This document shows positions 39,783-49,829 of a stretch of DNA of 64,000 nt, piece by piece. The translations under genes and the position numbers were made by a program. The DNA comes from an uncultured bacterium. Its GTDB lineage: Bacteria > Cyanobacteriota > Vampirovibrionia > Gastranaerophilales > Gastranaerophilaceae. Location: assembly GCA_902766105.1 (NCBI GenBank), contig CACXCI010000072.1, forward strand, positions 69 through 64,068, given 5' to 3'. The stretch's first letter is position 1. Each line of letters opens with the position of its first letter. The notes under the pieces were generated by a model. That model ran no database searches and was not told the origin of the DNA. It was given only the letters and a program-made list of their open reading frames with translations.

Positions 39783-40880
39783 TTAAACAGCAAATCTAAA
39801 ATGAACCAAATCTCCGTCTTGAACCTCATAATCCTTACCTTCAAGACGTGTTACACCTTTTTCTTTACAAGCGTTATATGAACCGAGTTCAATAAAATCT
39901 TTGCAGGGGGTAATTTCTGCTCTTATAAAACCTTTTTCAAAATCGGTATGAATAACACCGGCAGCTTGTGGAGCTTTTGTCCCTGCAGTAATTGTCCAGG
40001 CCCGAACCTCTTTTTCACCTGCGGTAATGAATGTTCTTAATTTTAGTAAATTATAAACAGACTTAATCATTTTATTGATACCGCTGTCTTCAATACCCAG
40101 CTCTTTTAAATATTCTTCAGCTTCTTCTTTTCCCAAATCAGCCAACTCTTCTTCAATTTTTGCAGTAATAACTACCATCTCTGCACCGTGAGATCTTGCA
40201 TACTCTTCAACTTTTTTTGTATAATCGTTTCCGTCTTTCAGGTCAAATTCGGAGACATTTGCGCAATATATAACAGGTTTTGTTGATAACAAATTCAATT
40301 GCTTAACGACAGGGAGTTCATCACCTTCAAAATGCTCATTTATATCAATAAATGTACAATCTGAAAGTAATTCAGTTAATTTTTTCAAAACCTTATCTTC
40401 CAAAACAGCAGCTTTATCGCCGCCTTTAACGGTTTTAGCGATTCTTGCCTGACGTCTTTCAACGGATGCCATATCAGCTAATGCTAATTCAGTATTTATG
40501 GTTTCAATATCAGAAATCGGATCAACTTTGCCTTCTACGTGTATCGTGTTTTCATCATCAAAGCATCTTACAACCTGAATAATAGCATCAACTTCACGAA
40601 TATTTTGAAGGAACTGATTGCCAAGACCTTCGCCTTTACTTGCACCCTTAACAAGACCTGCAATATCAACAAATTCGATTGCAGTTGGAATTATTACATC
40701 TGTTTTGCATAATTTTGCTAATATTGGCAGACGCTCATCAGGAACATCAACTACACCAATATTTGGTTCAATTGTACAAAACGGATAATTTGCACTTTGA
40801 GCATTTCTTGCATTTGTAAGTGCATTAAATAATGTTGATTTCCCAACATTTGGAAGTCCTACTATTCCGGTTCTTAGCAT
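39783..40880 (-). CDS. ychF: Ribosome-binding ATPase YchF
   Basis: [18 protein letters not shown], full-length with the TGS-like C-terminus. Confidence 0.95.
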   Translation of the reverse strand: MLRTGIVGLPNVGKSTLFNALTNARNAQSANYPFCTIEPNIGVVDVPDERLPILAKLCKTDVIIPTAIEFVDIAGLVKGASKGEGLGNQFLQNIREVDAIIQVVRCFDDENTIHVEGKVDPISDIETINTELALADMASVERRQARIAKTVKGGDKAAVLEDKVLKKLTELLSDCTFIDINEHFEGDELPVVKQLNLLSTKPVIYCANVSEFDLKDGNDYTKKVEEYARSHGAEMVVITAKIEEELADLGKEEAEEYLKELGIEDSGINKMIKSVYNLLKLRTFITAGEKEVRAWTITAGTKAPQAAGVIHTDFEKGFIRAEITPCKDFIELGSYNACKEKGVTRLEGKDYEVQDGDLVHFRFAV

Positions 40881-40939
40881 ATTTTTCCCCTTCTTCGGCT
40901 GTTATATTTACTAAAATCATTATATCACAAAGTAAATTT

Positions 40940-41224
40940 CTATAATTCCCTTATAAATTTATGTGCCTCAATCACATCATCATAAGAAATTGGCGGCGGT
41001 CCTTCGATAATCTCTAAGGGTAAATGTTTATCCTCTTTTTTGTTAAAATTGAAAACTATTTCACCAAAATCTTTTCCGCACTTAGCGCATAATAAACGAC
41101 AATGAAGAGTATCGCAATCCTTGTCCAAAATTTTTATTGAATCTTTTGTAAATTCATTTTTGCAACGGGAACAGCAAAGATTTGAAAATAGGGCTTTTAC
41201 ATCTTTTTGAGTTAATTTTTTCAT
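40940..41224 (-). CDS. Hypothetical zinc-ribbon protein
   Basis: CSRC...CAKC cysteine pairs. 94 aa. Confidence 0.45.
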   Translation of the reverse strand: MKKLTQKDVKALFSNLCCSRCKNEFTKDSIKILDKDCDTLHCRLLCAKCGKDFGEIVFNFNKKEDKHLPLEIIEGPPPISYDDVIEAHKFIREL

Positions 41225-41332
41225 ATCAATATTTTATATTAACTTTTGTAAAGTTTTCAACTATATGTATTAATTCTCGTTATATTTCTTAAAAAACTGG
41301 GATTAATATACATGTAACCAAAGGAGGTTATC

Positions 41333-41425
41333 ATGGCTATTAATCTGATTTTGTTCGGATTTATCGTGTACACTGCGTTGATTGTCGTACCAAGCATCTG
41401 GGAAGAATTGACAGCAGAGGGCTAA
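41333..41425 (+). CDS. Candidate 30-aa single-TM micropeptide
   Basis: Hand-read as MAINLILFGFIVYTALIVVPSIWEELTAEG. Strong AAAGGAGGT RBS 6 nt upstream. Codons are visibly more GC-rich than the surrounding sequence. Confidence 0.4.
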   Translation: MAINLILFGFIVYTALIVVPSIWEELTAEG

Positions 41426-41615
41426 GTAAAGAGACTAAAGCCTGTATACAAAAATCTATACGGATGAAATTCGAGTAAACCCAAAATTTTTATAGTCGTT
41501 TTACAAAGTAGGGTAGTTTGAATGGTTTTAAGTGTTATTGTTACGTTTAATGTTTAAACGTAAAGTTTGTTGTGCTTGAATTTATAACAAAATTTGTTTG
41601 ACTTATAATAACACT

Positions 41616-43499
41616 ATGGATTATTTGAACAACAAATTTGATGTAATAGTTGTAGGTGCCGGACACGCAGGTTGTGAGGCAGCTTTGGCGTGTGCAAAAT
41701 TGGGTGTAAAAGTTTTACTTTGTACACTTAATGTGGAAAATATTGCTCTGCAACCCTGTAACCCTGCTGTCGGAGGTCCGGCTAAATCAACATTAGTCAG
41801 AGAAATTGACGCTCTGGGCGGCGTTATGGGTGAGGTTACAGATGCGACATATTTGCAATTAAAAATATTAAATTCATCAAAGGGTCCGGCAGTAAGAGCG
41901 TTGAGAGCGCAATCTGATAAAGCGGAATATTCTCGTTATATGAGAAATTTAATAGAAAGCAATCCAAATATATATTTAAAACAATGCTGTATAACAGAAT
42001 TACTTACAGATAACGGGCAAATTACAGGAGCTATTGATGAATTTGGAATAGAGTATAAGGCAAGAGCCGTTGTTCTAACAACAGGGACATCATTAGAGGG
42101 CAGAATATTTGTCGGACTGCGTTCTTATAGTGCGGGCAGATTAGGTGAAAAAGCAGCAATAGGCTTATCTGACTCGTTACACAAACTTGGAATTGAAACA
42201 AAAAAACTAAAAACAGGAACTCCTGCAAGAGTAGATAAAAGAACCATTGATTACTCAAAGATGGAAATTCAACCTGGAGATGATGAATTAAACTTTTTCT
42301 CTTTCAAGCCCGACAGACCGGTAAGAAAGACTTACCCTTGCTATTTGACAAGAACAACAGAAGAAACTCACAATATCATAAGGGCAAATTTGGACAAATC
42401 TCCTATGTATCAGGGGTTGATTCATGGTGTCGGTCCAAGGTACTGCCCTTCGATAGAAGATAAAATTGTAAGATTTGCATCAAACCCTTCACATCATATT
42501 TTTATTGAACCTGAAGGGTTAGGAACTTATGAAACATATATTCAGGGTTTTTCAACCAGCTTGCCTGCTGATGTTCAGGTCAGAATGATTCGATCTTTGC
42601 CGGGGTTAGAAAATGCTCATATTATAAAACCTGCTTATGCGGTTGAATACGACTATGTTCCTGCGGTTCAAACAACACATTCCTTGATGTCGAAAAAGAT
42701 AAAAGGTTTATTTTTTGGCGGGCAAATTAATGGAACCAGCGGTTATGAAGAAGCCGCTGCACAAGGTCTTATAGCCGGAATAAATGCTTACAATTATTTG
42801 AACAGCTCTGAGATGTTAGAATTATCCAGAAGTTCATCATATACAGGAACATTAATTGATGATTTGGTTACTAAAGATATTCAAGATCCGTATAGAATGT
42901 TAACATCACGCTCTGAATACCGCCTTTTATTAAGGCAGGATAATGCTGATGAAAGATTAACCCCTATCGGACATAAAATCGGGCTGATTGATGATGCTCA
43001 ATTTGATAGATTTAACAAAAAACAACAAATGATTGCTGATGAACAAATAAGATTGGAAAATTTAAAAATTTCTGCAACTGATGAAATCAATAACATTCTC
43101 TCAAAATATGAAGAACATATTGATAGAGGTATTCGAGCTTCAGAACTGCTAAAAAGACCAAATATCTCATATAAAATATTGAAAGAAATTGATAACTCAA
43201 CTTTTGAATTAAATATATCAAAGGATGTATATGAACAAGTTGAAGTTTTAATCAAATATGACGGCTACATCAAACGTCAGCAAGAACAGGTTGATAATGC
43301 AGGTAAGCTTGAAAAATTCAGAATACCTGATAATATTGATTATTCAAAAATTGAACATATTTCATCTGAAACAAAAGAAAAATTAGAAAAAATAAAACCC
43401 AAAACACTTGCTCAGGCTTCTCGTATAGGAGGTGTGAAACCTGCGGATATTTCAATTCTTATGGTTATGCTTGATCGTGGAACTGTTGCAAGAAAATAA
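41616..43499 (+). CDS. mnmG: tRNA uridine-5-carboxymethylaminomethyl synthesis enzyme MnmG
   Basis: FDVIVVGAGHAGCEAA, full-length GidA. The ATG at 41616 is preferred to the tracked TTG at 41598. No SD precedes either. Confidence 0.95.
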   Translation: MDYLNNKFDVIVVGAGHAGCEAALACAKLGVKVLLCTLNVENIALQPCNPAVGGPAKSTLVREIDALGGVMGEVTDATYLQLKILNSSKGPAVRALRAQSDKAEYSRYMRNLIESNPNIYLKQCCITELLTDNGQITGAIDEFGIEYKARAVVLTTGTSLEGRIFVGLRSYSAGRLGEKAAIGLSDSLHKLGIETKKLKTGTPARVDKRTIDYSKMEIQPGDDELNFFSFKPDRPVRKTYPCYLTRTTEETHNIIRANLDKSPMYQGLIHGVGPRYCPSIEDKIVRFASNPSHHIFIEPEGLGTYETYIQGFSTSLPADVQVRMIRSLPGLENAHIIKPAYAVEYDYVPAVQTTHSLMSKKIKGLFFGGQINGTSGYEEAAAQGLIAGINAYNYLNSSEMLELSRSSSYTGTLIDDLVTKDIQDPYRMLTSRSEYRLLLRQDNADERLTPIGHKIGLIDDAQFDRFNKKQQMIADEQIRLENLKISATDEINNILSKYEEHIDRGIRASELLKRPNISYKILKEIDNSTFELNISKDVYEQVEVLIKYDGYIKRQQEQVDNAGKLEKFRIPDNIDYSKIEHISSETKEKLEKIKPKTLAQASRIGGVKPADISILMVMLDRGTVARK

Positions 43500-44430
43500 A
43501 ATGTTTTATATAAAATGAAGTAAAAATTTTTGCTTTGTATAGCTTTAAATCTTCAAACTCAATAGCCGTTTTATCTTTACAAACAATAGTTAAAGATTTG
43601 TCTTGAGAATTTTTTGCAATTATATCCCCTGCCTCGTAACCGTAGCAATCAATATTTAAAATCTTAAATTTATATGGGTTAACAATAAAAAATTTATTTT
43701 TATATGTAATATATGAAGGTAAAAACGGATGTAATGCCCTGATAGTCCTTGATATCTCAACTGAGGTTTGAGAGGAAAAATCCAGCATTTTTTCATCACC
43801 TGAAATATTAGGATAATATGAAGAATTACTTTCGACTTGAGTAACGGGAGCAACAATAGTTGAATCTAAATCTTTTATAAAGTTATAAATTAGTTCTCTT
43901 GCCTGCATTACGGTTTTTTCTCTCAGTTCTTTCGCTGTATCTGTCATCTCAATTTTTATTTTTTCTTGAGCCAAAATTGCACCTGTATCATAATTTTTAT
44001 CAACCAAATGCAAGGTTATACCCGAATACATTTCTCCATGTAAAATCGTTTGTATATATGGATTTGGACCTCTGTATTTCGGAAGCAACGAGGGATGAAG
44101 ATTGACAGTACAAACAGACGGAACATCAAAAATTTCTTTTTTTATTTTTTCCTTCCATGTTCCAATTATGAGTAAATCAACATTTTGCTTAATTAAAAAA
44201 TCTCTGAAAGCTTTTGAATTAGCTGATTTAAAATTGAGCTGCTTTATGCCTAGCTCTTTTATAATTGTTAAATCATATTCAGGATTAAAAGTATCTTTTA
44301 AAAACAAAGATAAAGGATTGTCCGAGGTCTTTTCGTATCTGAGAACTCCAACGATATCTGCGCCGGCATCATAAACTCCGAGAATAATATTTGCCAGCAT
44401 CAAACCTTTACCAAGAATTACTGCTTTCAT
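43465..44430 (-). CDS. Formyltransferase-family protein (Fmt-like but non-canonical N-terminus)
   Basis: NLHPSLLPKYRGPNP, DTGAIL. Start set at MKAVILG, because the upstream terminator hairpin covers the tracked start. The 3' end overlaps mnmG by 35 nt. Confidence 0.7.
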   Translation of the reverse strand: MKAVILGKGLMLANIILGVYDAGADIVGVLRYEKTSDNPLSLFLKDTFNPEYDLTIIKELGIKQLNFKSANSKAFRDFLIKQNVDLLIIGTWKEKIKKEIFDVPSVCTVNLHPSLLPKYRGPNPYIQTILHGEMYSGITLHLVDKNYDTGAILAQEKIKIEMTDTAKELREKTVMQARELIYNFIKDLDSTIVAPVTQVESNSSYYPNISGDEKMLDFSSQTSVEISRTIRALHPFLPSYITYKNKFFIVNPYKFKILNIDCYGYEAGDIIAKNSQDKSLTIVCKDKTAIEFEDLKLYKAKIFTSFYIKHFIFLQQFHDQA

Positions 44431-44445
44431 AAAATAATTATAATC

Positions 44446-44481
44446 TAAAAAGTCTGTCAATACCAGATTGACAGACTTTTA
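44446..44481 (-). terminator. Rho-independent terminator
   Basis: AGTCTGTCAAT-ACCAG-ATTGACAGACT, a perfect 11-bp stem with flanking A and T runs. Confidence 0.75.
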
Positions 44482-44502
44482 GTTAATATATTTGTTAACT
44501 TA

Positions 44503-45267
44503 TTATTCGCCGTCTTCAGCTGCTAACAACTCTCTAACCTGAGCTTGTTCAGCTTTCAACATTGTATAATTTTTAACAGCTTCTGCAGTTTTTGCTTTTT
44601 CGTGGCTGAAGGTATGAGCAATACTTGTAAATACCAAAATCATCGGACTCCAGTCAATTACACCTTTAGCAAAACTTTTTATAGCTGATGGTAATTTCCT
44701 TACCTGTTTCATAACACTTGTAATTAGTTTATTTTCTTTGATATATTTATCTACTTTATGTTTTTTCAAGAACTTAACAGCATCAGGTCCAAACTTATCA
44801 ACTAATTTTGAAGCACCTTTTCCGGCTAATATCAATGCACCGATTGATGCTGCAACGGTTCCTATTGTAGATAAAACCGGATGTTCTTTACTAAATTCTC
44901 TTGCAGATGAACTGTGTTTTTCAATTGCTCTTTTTGCACCAAATGTTGCATCAATTACAGCAAATGTACCAGCCCACAAAGCTGCATTCTTAGCAAAAAC
45001 TTTTAATTTAGGAATACGTCCTATAACTTGCGGATTTCTTACAACAGCTGCAAGACCGCCGACAATCGGTAATGAATACCAAATAGCATTTGAAATTCTT
45101 CTGTGTTTTTTATCGTTTACTGATTCTGATGCAGCTTGAACTGCAAAATGTTTTAATGTTTTATCATCTACTGCTGCAAATTGCTCTAATTCATCTCTTG
45201 AAGGCATACGATGACCAAAAGACGATTTAGATGCTATAGACTGATTAGAAACTGCATTTACTTGCAT
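44503..45267 (-). CDS. Membrane protein with two 2-TM modules, apparent paralog of 24734..26494
   Basis: 254 aa. GTVAASIGALILAG and FGAKRAIEKHSSSAREF resemble the modules of the 586-aa protein. Confidence 0.6.
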   Translation of the reverse strand: MQVNAVSNQSIASKSSFGHRMPSRDELEQFAAVDDKTLKHFAVQAASESVNDKKHRRISNAIWYSLPIVGGLAAVVRNPQVIGRIPKLKVFAKNAALWAGTFAVIDATFGAKRAIEKHSSSAREFSKEHPVLSTIGTVAASIGALILAGKGASKLVDKFGPDAVKFLKKHKVDKYIKENKLITSVMKQVRKLPSAIKSFAKGVIDWSPMILVFTSIAHTFSHEKAKTAEAVKNYTMLKAEQAQVRELLAAEDGE

Positions 45268-45392
45268 AAACTACCTCAACTTTCACACTTTGATTATACA
45301 ATTATAAAAAAAGAAAGTAAATTTTTTTGCCATTTTCCCAAATTTAGTACACAAATATTTACAAAATTTTATATTTTTTTTATTATTAAAGA

Positions 45393-46676
45393 ATGAAAAC
45401 CTTTTATATACACACAATGGGCTGCAAATCTAATCAGTTTGAAAGCTCAATAATAGAGGAAAATCTTACAAATAACGGAATGAGAAAAGTCAATTCTATT
45501 CAAGATGCTGATTTATACATACTTAATTCCTGTAGTGTTACGCATAAAAGTGATAATGAAGCACTTTATCATCTTCGTGCCGCAAAAAATAAAAATAAAA
45601 ACTTGATAATAGTAATAACAGGCTGTTATGCGCAACTGGAAAAAGAAAACTTATTAGAATACGATTTTATTGATTATGTTATAGGGAATAATGAAAAATT
45701 GCACCTATATGAATATTTATCAGCAAAGAATAAACTTGCCGTAAATGATATAATGAAGCAGGCAGATTTTAATGAAATTGAGCTGATTGATACAACAAAA
45801 ACCAGAGCAAGTTTAAAAATTCAAGACGGGTGTGATAACAGATGTACTTATTGTATTATTTGGAAGGCAAGAGGAAAAAGCAGAAGTGCAAGTCCGGAAT
45901 TTATAATTAATCAAATAAATAATTTTTCAAAACATGGATTTAAAGAAATTATTTTAACGGGTATTCACATAGGACAATGGGGAAAAGATATCGGCTTATC
46001 CCTGATTGATTTGCTAAAAGATATTGAAGAAAAAACTACAATTGAACGTTTTAGGCTGGGATCTCTAAATCCTACAGAAATTACGCCTGAGCTGATTAAT
46101 TTACTAAAAAATTCTAAAAAGTTTTGTCCGCATTTTCACCTGTCCCTGCAATCTGCAAACGATAAAACTCTGCGTTCTATGAACAGATTTTATAAAACTG
46201 AAGATTATTTAAAACAGATAGACTTAATAAACAATACTTTTGAGCTTCCGTTTTTGGGTAGTGATATTATTGCAGGTTTTGCAGGCGAAACTGAAGATGA
46301 TTTTAAAACGACCTGCGCCAATTTGGAAAAATCAGGTCTGGTGCAAATTCATACTTTTCCGTATTCTAAAAGAGAAGGTACAATTGGTGCAAATATGGAA
46401 AATCAAATACCGGATGATATAAAAAGCAGAAGAGCTGACAAAATAAAAGAAATTTCAAGGGGTAAATATAACTCATTTGTAACCAAAAATATAGGTAAGA
46501 TACATGAAATTTTGATAGAAAAACATAGAGATAAGCACAGCGGGAATTTAAAAGGTGTAACTCGAAATTATTTAACCGTACAAATACATTCAGAAAAAGA
46601 AGATTTGTATAATACTTTGCAAAAAGCAAAAATTACACGCTTTGAAAATGGTATAATATATGGAGAACTTACATAA
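45393..46676 (+). CDS. mtaB: Radical-SAM methylthiotransferase, MtaB-like (MiaB/RimO family)
   Basis: HTMGCKSNQFES, CDNRCTYCIIW (CxxxCxxC), C-terminal TRAM-like region. Confidence 0.8.
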   Translation: MKTFYIHTMGCKSNQFESSIIEENLTNNGMRKVNSIQDADLYILNSCSVTHKSDNEALYHLRAAKNKNKNLIIVITGCYAQLEKENLLEYDFIDYVIGNNEKLHLYEYLSAKNKLAVNDIMKQADFNEIELIDTTKTRASLKIQDGCDNRCTYCIIWKARGKSRSASPEFIINQINNFSKHGFKEIILTGIHIGQWGKDIGLSLIDLLKDIEEKTTIERFRLGSLNPTEITPELINLLKNSKKFCPHFHLSLQSANDKTLRSMNRFYKTEDYLKQIDLINNTFELPFLGSDIIAGFAGETEDDFKTTCANLEKSGLVQIHTFPYSKREGTIGANMENQIPDDIKSRRADKIKEISRGKYNSFVTKNIGKIHEILIEKHRDKHSGNLKGVTRNYLTVQIHSEKEDLYNTLQKAKITRFENGIIYGELT

Positions 46677-46714
46677 AAAAGATGCTGATAATTATTACCA
46701 GCATCTCTTTTTTA
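46676..46714. terminator. Bidirectional terminator between mtaB and secY
   Basis: AGATGCTGATA...TACCAGCATCT flanked by an A-run and a T-run. Confidence 0.7.
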
Positions 46715-46730
46715 TAATATATTTATCAAT

Positions 46731-48071
46731 CTACATATCTTTTAAGAAAGATTCGTAGTTTCTTGCCAACAAGTGTGTTTTAACTTGATTTATCAAATCA
46801 AGAGCAACACCGACCATAATGATTAGTGATGTAGCACCAATCCCTTGGAAGGTTTCAATTCTTGTTGCAAAACTTGCAAAAGACGGAACTAACGCAATTA
46901 TACCTAAGCCAACAGCACCGATAAATGTTGTTTTCGTCAAGATTTTATCTAAAGCTTCAGCTGTAGGACGTCCCGGTTTAATCCCCGGAATTGATGATCC
47001 GTATTTTTTCAAGTTGTCTGCAATATCTTTTGGCTGCATATTTGGCATAATTGAAGCATAGAAAAATGTCAAAGCAATGATTAAACCGATATACAACACA
47101 TAATATGTCAATCCGTCAGGACTTAACCAGTGATTTAAAGACATTACAACATTCTTAACTGCAACTGATTTAAAGTTTGCTTGACCAACTATAGCTAATA
47201 TTGTTGATGGGAACAATAAAATTGCAATTGCAAAGATGATAGGCATAACGCCGCCCGGATTAAGTTTGAACGGAATAAATGAATTCATCCCGCCATAAAC
47301 TTTGTTCCCGATTTGTCTTTTTGGATTGACAATAATTACTTTTCTTACAGCTTCTTGCATAATTACAATAAAAATCATTGAAGCAAAGAATATAGCTAAT
47401 AACAAAAGCAATTTCAATTGCATAGAACCGCTTGTCTGAACTAATTTTGATGTATTTGCCCAAATTCTTGGGATGTTTGTCAAAATACCGCAAAAGATGA
47501 TTAAAGAACCACCGTTGCCGATACCTCTTTCCGTTATCAATTCAGAAAGCCACATAACAAGAACAGCACCTGCTGTCAAAGTTATAATTGAACTGATGTA
47601 GAACGCAATCGGATTTACTGTTGAAATGATTGTGTTCGGTAAGTGATGTAAAAACATCATAAAAATAAAAGACTGGAAAATTGCCAGAACTACAGTAAAT
47701 ACTCTCGTATACTGCGACAATTTCCTTCTTCCTGCCTCTCCCTCTTCTTTTTGCAGTTTTTCCAAGGATGGAATTACTACAGAAACAAGCTGGATAATAA
47801 TGGAAGATGTGATGAACGGTCCAATACCCAAAGCGAGAATTGAAACATCACTCAACGCACCGCCTGAAAACAAGTCCAAAAATCCTACGATATTGTTTCC
47901 GCTTGCAATCTTTGAAAAGACCTCGTTATTGATACCGTATAACGGCATCAATACTCCAAATCTCCATACGGCAATCATTGCTAATGTGAATAATATTTTT
48001 TGCTTCAAGCCTGAAGCATTCCACATTGACATCAAATCTTCCGTTGTTGGTGATTTTATCCCTTGTGCCAT
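46731..48071 (-). CDS. secY: Preprotein translocase subunit SecY
   Basis: 446 aa, 10-TM SecY pattern. Directly follows rplO. Confidence 0.97.
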   Translation of the reverse strand: MAQGIKSPTTEDLMSMWNASGLKQKILFTLAMIAVWRFGVLMPLYGINNEVFSKIASGNNIVGFLDLFSGGALSDVSILALGIGPFITSSIIIQLVSVVIPSLEKLQKEEGEAGRRKLSQYTRVFTVVLAIFQSFIFMMFLHHLPNTIISTVNPIAFYISSIITLTAGAVLVMWLSELITERGIGNGGSLIIFCGILTNIPRIWANTSKLVQTSGSMQLKLLLLLAIFFASMIFIVIMQEAVRKVIIVNPKRQIGNKVYGGMNSFIPFKLNPGGVMPIIFAIAILLFPSTILAIVGQANFKSVAVKNVVMSLNHWLSPDGLTYYVLYIGLIIALTFFYASIMPNMQPKDIADNLKKYGSSIPGIKPGRPTAEALDKILTKTTFIGAVGLGIIALVPSFASFATRIETFQGIGATSLIIMVGVALDLINQVKTHLLARNYESFLKDM

Positions 48072-48526
48072 TATACTAACTCAACCTTTCCGCCTGCTGC
48101 TTCAATTTTTTCTTTTGCTGATGGAGTAACATAAGCTGCTTTTACAGTTACAGCTGATTTTAATTCTCCGTTACCAAGAACTCTCAAGCCAACGCAAGTC
48201 GGGTGAATTGTCATAACTTCTTTTAAGCTTTCAAAAGATATTTCTTTAAGTTTTAGAGCATCTAATCTGCCAACATTAATTTGAGCATAATTATCTTTGC
48301 CATATACTTGGAAACCTTTTAATTTAGGAAGTCTTCTGTAAGCCGGCATCTGTCCGCCTTCAAAACCTCTTTTGCTTGCATTACCAGATCTTTGACCTTC
48401 ACCGTTATGTCCGCGGCAAGAGGTTTTACCATGTCCTGAAGAACGTCCGCGACCAACTCTTTTGCTTTTAGAAGTTGAACCGTCTGCCGGTCTTAAATCT
48501 TCTAATTTTATTGTTGTATTTGCCAT
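48071..48526 (-). CDS. rplO: 50S ribosomal protein L15
   Basis: KRVGRGRSSGHGKTSCRGHNG... Confidence 0.95.
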   Translation of the reverse strand: MANTTIKLEDLRPADGSTSKSKRVGRGRSSGHGKTSCRGHNGEGQRSGNASKRGFEGGQMPAYRRLPKLKGFQVYGKDNYAQINVGRLDALKLKEISFESLKEVMTIHPTCVGLRVLGNGELKSAVTVKAAYVTPSAKEKIEAAGGKVELV

Positions 48527-48583
48527 TTTATTTCCTTCTTTCTTTATTACATAATTATGAGATTTAATCTCAAATTTGATGAA

Positions 48584-48775
48584 CTATTTTACAATTTCTA
48601 CCAAGTGAGAAACTTTGTTAACCATACCAATGATTGTTGCAGATTGTGCATGTTCAACAATCTGGTCTTTTTTTGTTAAGCCTAAGCCTCTTACAACTGA
48701 GCGTTGTTTTTCTGAGGTTCCTATTAAACTTCTTACAAGTTTAATTTTTATCATTTCAGATTTTTTATTTGCCAT
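48584..48775 (-). CDS. rpmD: 50S ribosomal protein L30
   Basis: IKIKLVRSLIGTSEKQRSVVRGLGL. 63 aa. Confidence 0.9.
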   Translation of the reverse strand: MANKKSEMIKIKLVRSLIGTSEKQRSVVRGLGLTKKDQIVEHAQSATIIGMVNKVSHLVEIVK

Positions 48776-48810
48776 TTTTATTTTCCTTTATACTTAATGT
48801 TTGTAAAGAA

Positions 48811-48842
48811 CTTAACGTATTAACGACTTATCGTTTTAACGT
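48811..48842. repeat. 8-bp-phased degenerate repeat (4 units) in the rpsE-rpmD spacer
   Basis: CTTAACGT ATTAACGA CTTATCGT TTTAACGT on the + strand. Confidence 0.7.
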
Positions 48843-48848
48843 CATATA

Positions 48849-49502
48849 TTAATTCAACAATTCAGCCATTGTCAAACCACGTTTTTTAGCAACGTCATTG
48901 AACGGAGTCAATGCTTTTAAAGCTTCTATTGTTGCATTTGCTGCGTTTAACGGAGATTTAGAACCTAATGACTTAGATAAAATATTTTCTATACCTGCAA
49001 GCTCTAAAACTGAACGAACAGCACCACCTGCAATAATACCTGTACCTTCTGAAGCCGGTCTTAGCATAACTGCACCTGCACCTGATTTACCTGTAATTGG
49101 ATGAGGAATTGTTGTTTTAAAAATAGGTACTGTGATAACATTTTTTCTGCCATCAGCAATAGCTTTTTGAATAGCGATGATAACTTCAGATGCCTTAGCA
49201 CAACCGATACCAACTTGACCTTTTTTGTTGCCGACAATAACGATTGCTCGGAAGCTTAATTTTTTACCACCTTTAACAACTTTTGTTACACGGCTGATTT
49301 GAACAACTGTTTCTGTCCATTCAGATTGTGGCTTTTCTTCAGTTGTTTCAATTTTTTGTTTTCTGCCACGACCTTTTCTGCTGCGAGCAGGTTTTTCTTC
49401 AGAAACATCTGCTGCTTGAGCTGTTGCTTCTTCTTTTGCTTCTTCAACAACTTCAGCTGCTTCAGTAACTTCAGTTACATTTAATTCTTCATTGTTTTCC
49501 AT
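48849..49502 (-). CDS. rpsE: 30S ribosomal protein S5 with an acidic/basic N-terminal extension
   Basis: Core [27 protein letters not shown]...[10 protein letters not shown]. Start placed at MENNEE (GAAAGG upstream), computed from the ORF-track frame. The alternative TTG at 49589 is not excluded. Confidence 0.88.
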   Translation of the reverse strand: MENNEELNVTEVTEAAEVVEEAKEEATAQAADVSEEKPARSRKGRGRKQKIETTEEKPQSEWTETVVQISRVTKVVKGGKKLSFRAIVIVGNKKGQVGIGCAKASEVIIAIQKAIADGRKNVITVPIFKTTIPHPITGKSGAGAVMLRPASEGTGIIAGGAVRSVLELAGIENILSKSLGSKSPLNAANATIEALKALTPFNDVAKKRGLTMAELLN

Positions 49503-49650
49503 TGATTTTACCTTTCTTGTAATTTTACTCTTTAGTAATATATTTTGTTCTGAGTTTTGGGTTAAACTCATATAATGAGAATACGCCAAAATATAAGCTA
49601 TTTATAGCTATTTGGAAATCGTATTCGAACTTTTACTTCTGACAAGGCTC

Positions 49651-49679
49651 AGCATAACATAAAAGATTTTATATTGCAA
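49651..49679 (-). promoter_or_regulatory. Candidate promoter for rpsE-rpmD-rplO-secY
   Basis: Minus strand: TTGCAA, 17-nt spacer, TATGCT, with a TG at the extended -10 position. Confidence 0.4.
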
Positions 49680-49741
49680 GAGGGAAATAATTAAATAGGT
49701 CAATTATATAAAAAGTTAAACAAAAAACAATGACTAAACGA

Positions 49742-49781
49742 TTTTGAAGTCGTTAAGACGATAAGACGCTGAGTTGTTAAG
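49742..49781 (-). repeat. 8-bp-phased repeat array, left arm (reads CTTAnCGn on the minus strand)
   Basis: Minus strand: CTTAACAA CTCAGCGT CTTATCGT CTTAACGA CTTCAAAA. Confidence 0.7.
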
Positions 49782-49829
49782 TTCTTAACGATAATTTAGT
49801 TAATTCAAGGATTAATATAATCAATAAAC

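Noticed and set aside
43465-43499. 35-nt tail-to-tail overlap of mnmG and the formyltransferase-like gene. There is a similar 11-nt overlap at 62599..62609.
   Set aside because: This is probably just compact convergent gene ends. Neither C-terminus is conserved enough for me to argue for mis-annotation or a regulatory role.
49590-49650. tRNA-like TTCGAA box (gtattcgaac) and the AGCTAT-TT-ATAGCT palindrome.
   Set aside because: No acceptor or anticodon arms can be drawn. It is most likely part of the rpsE 5' leader.
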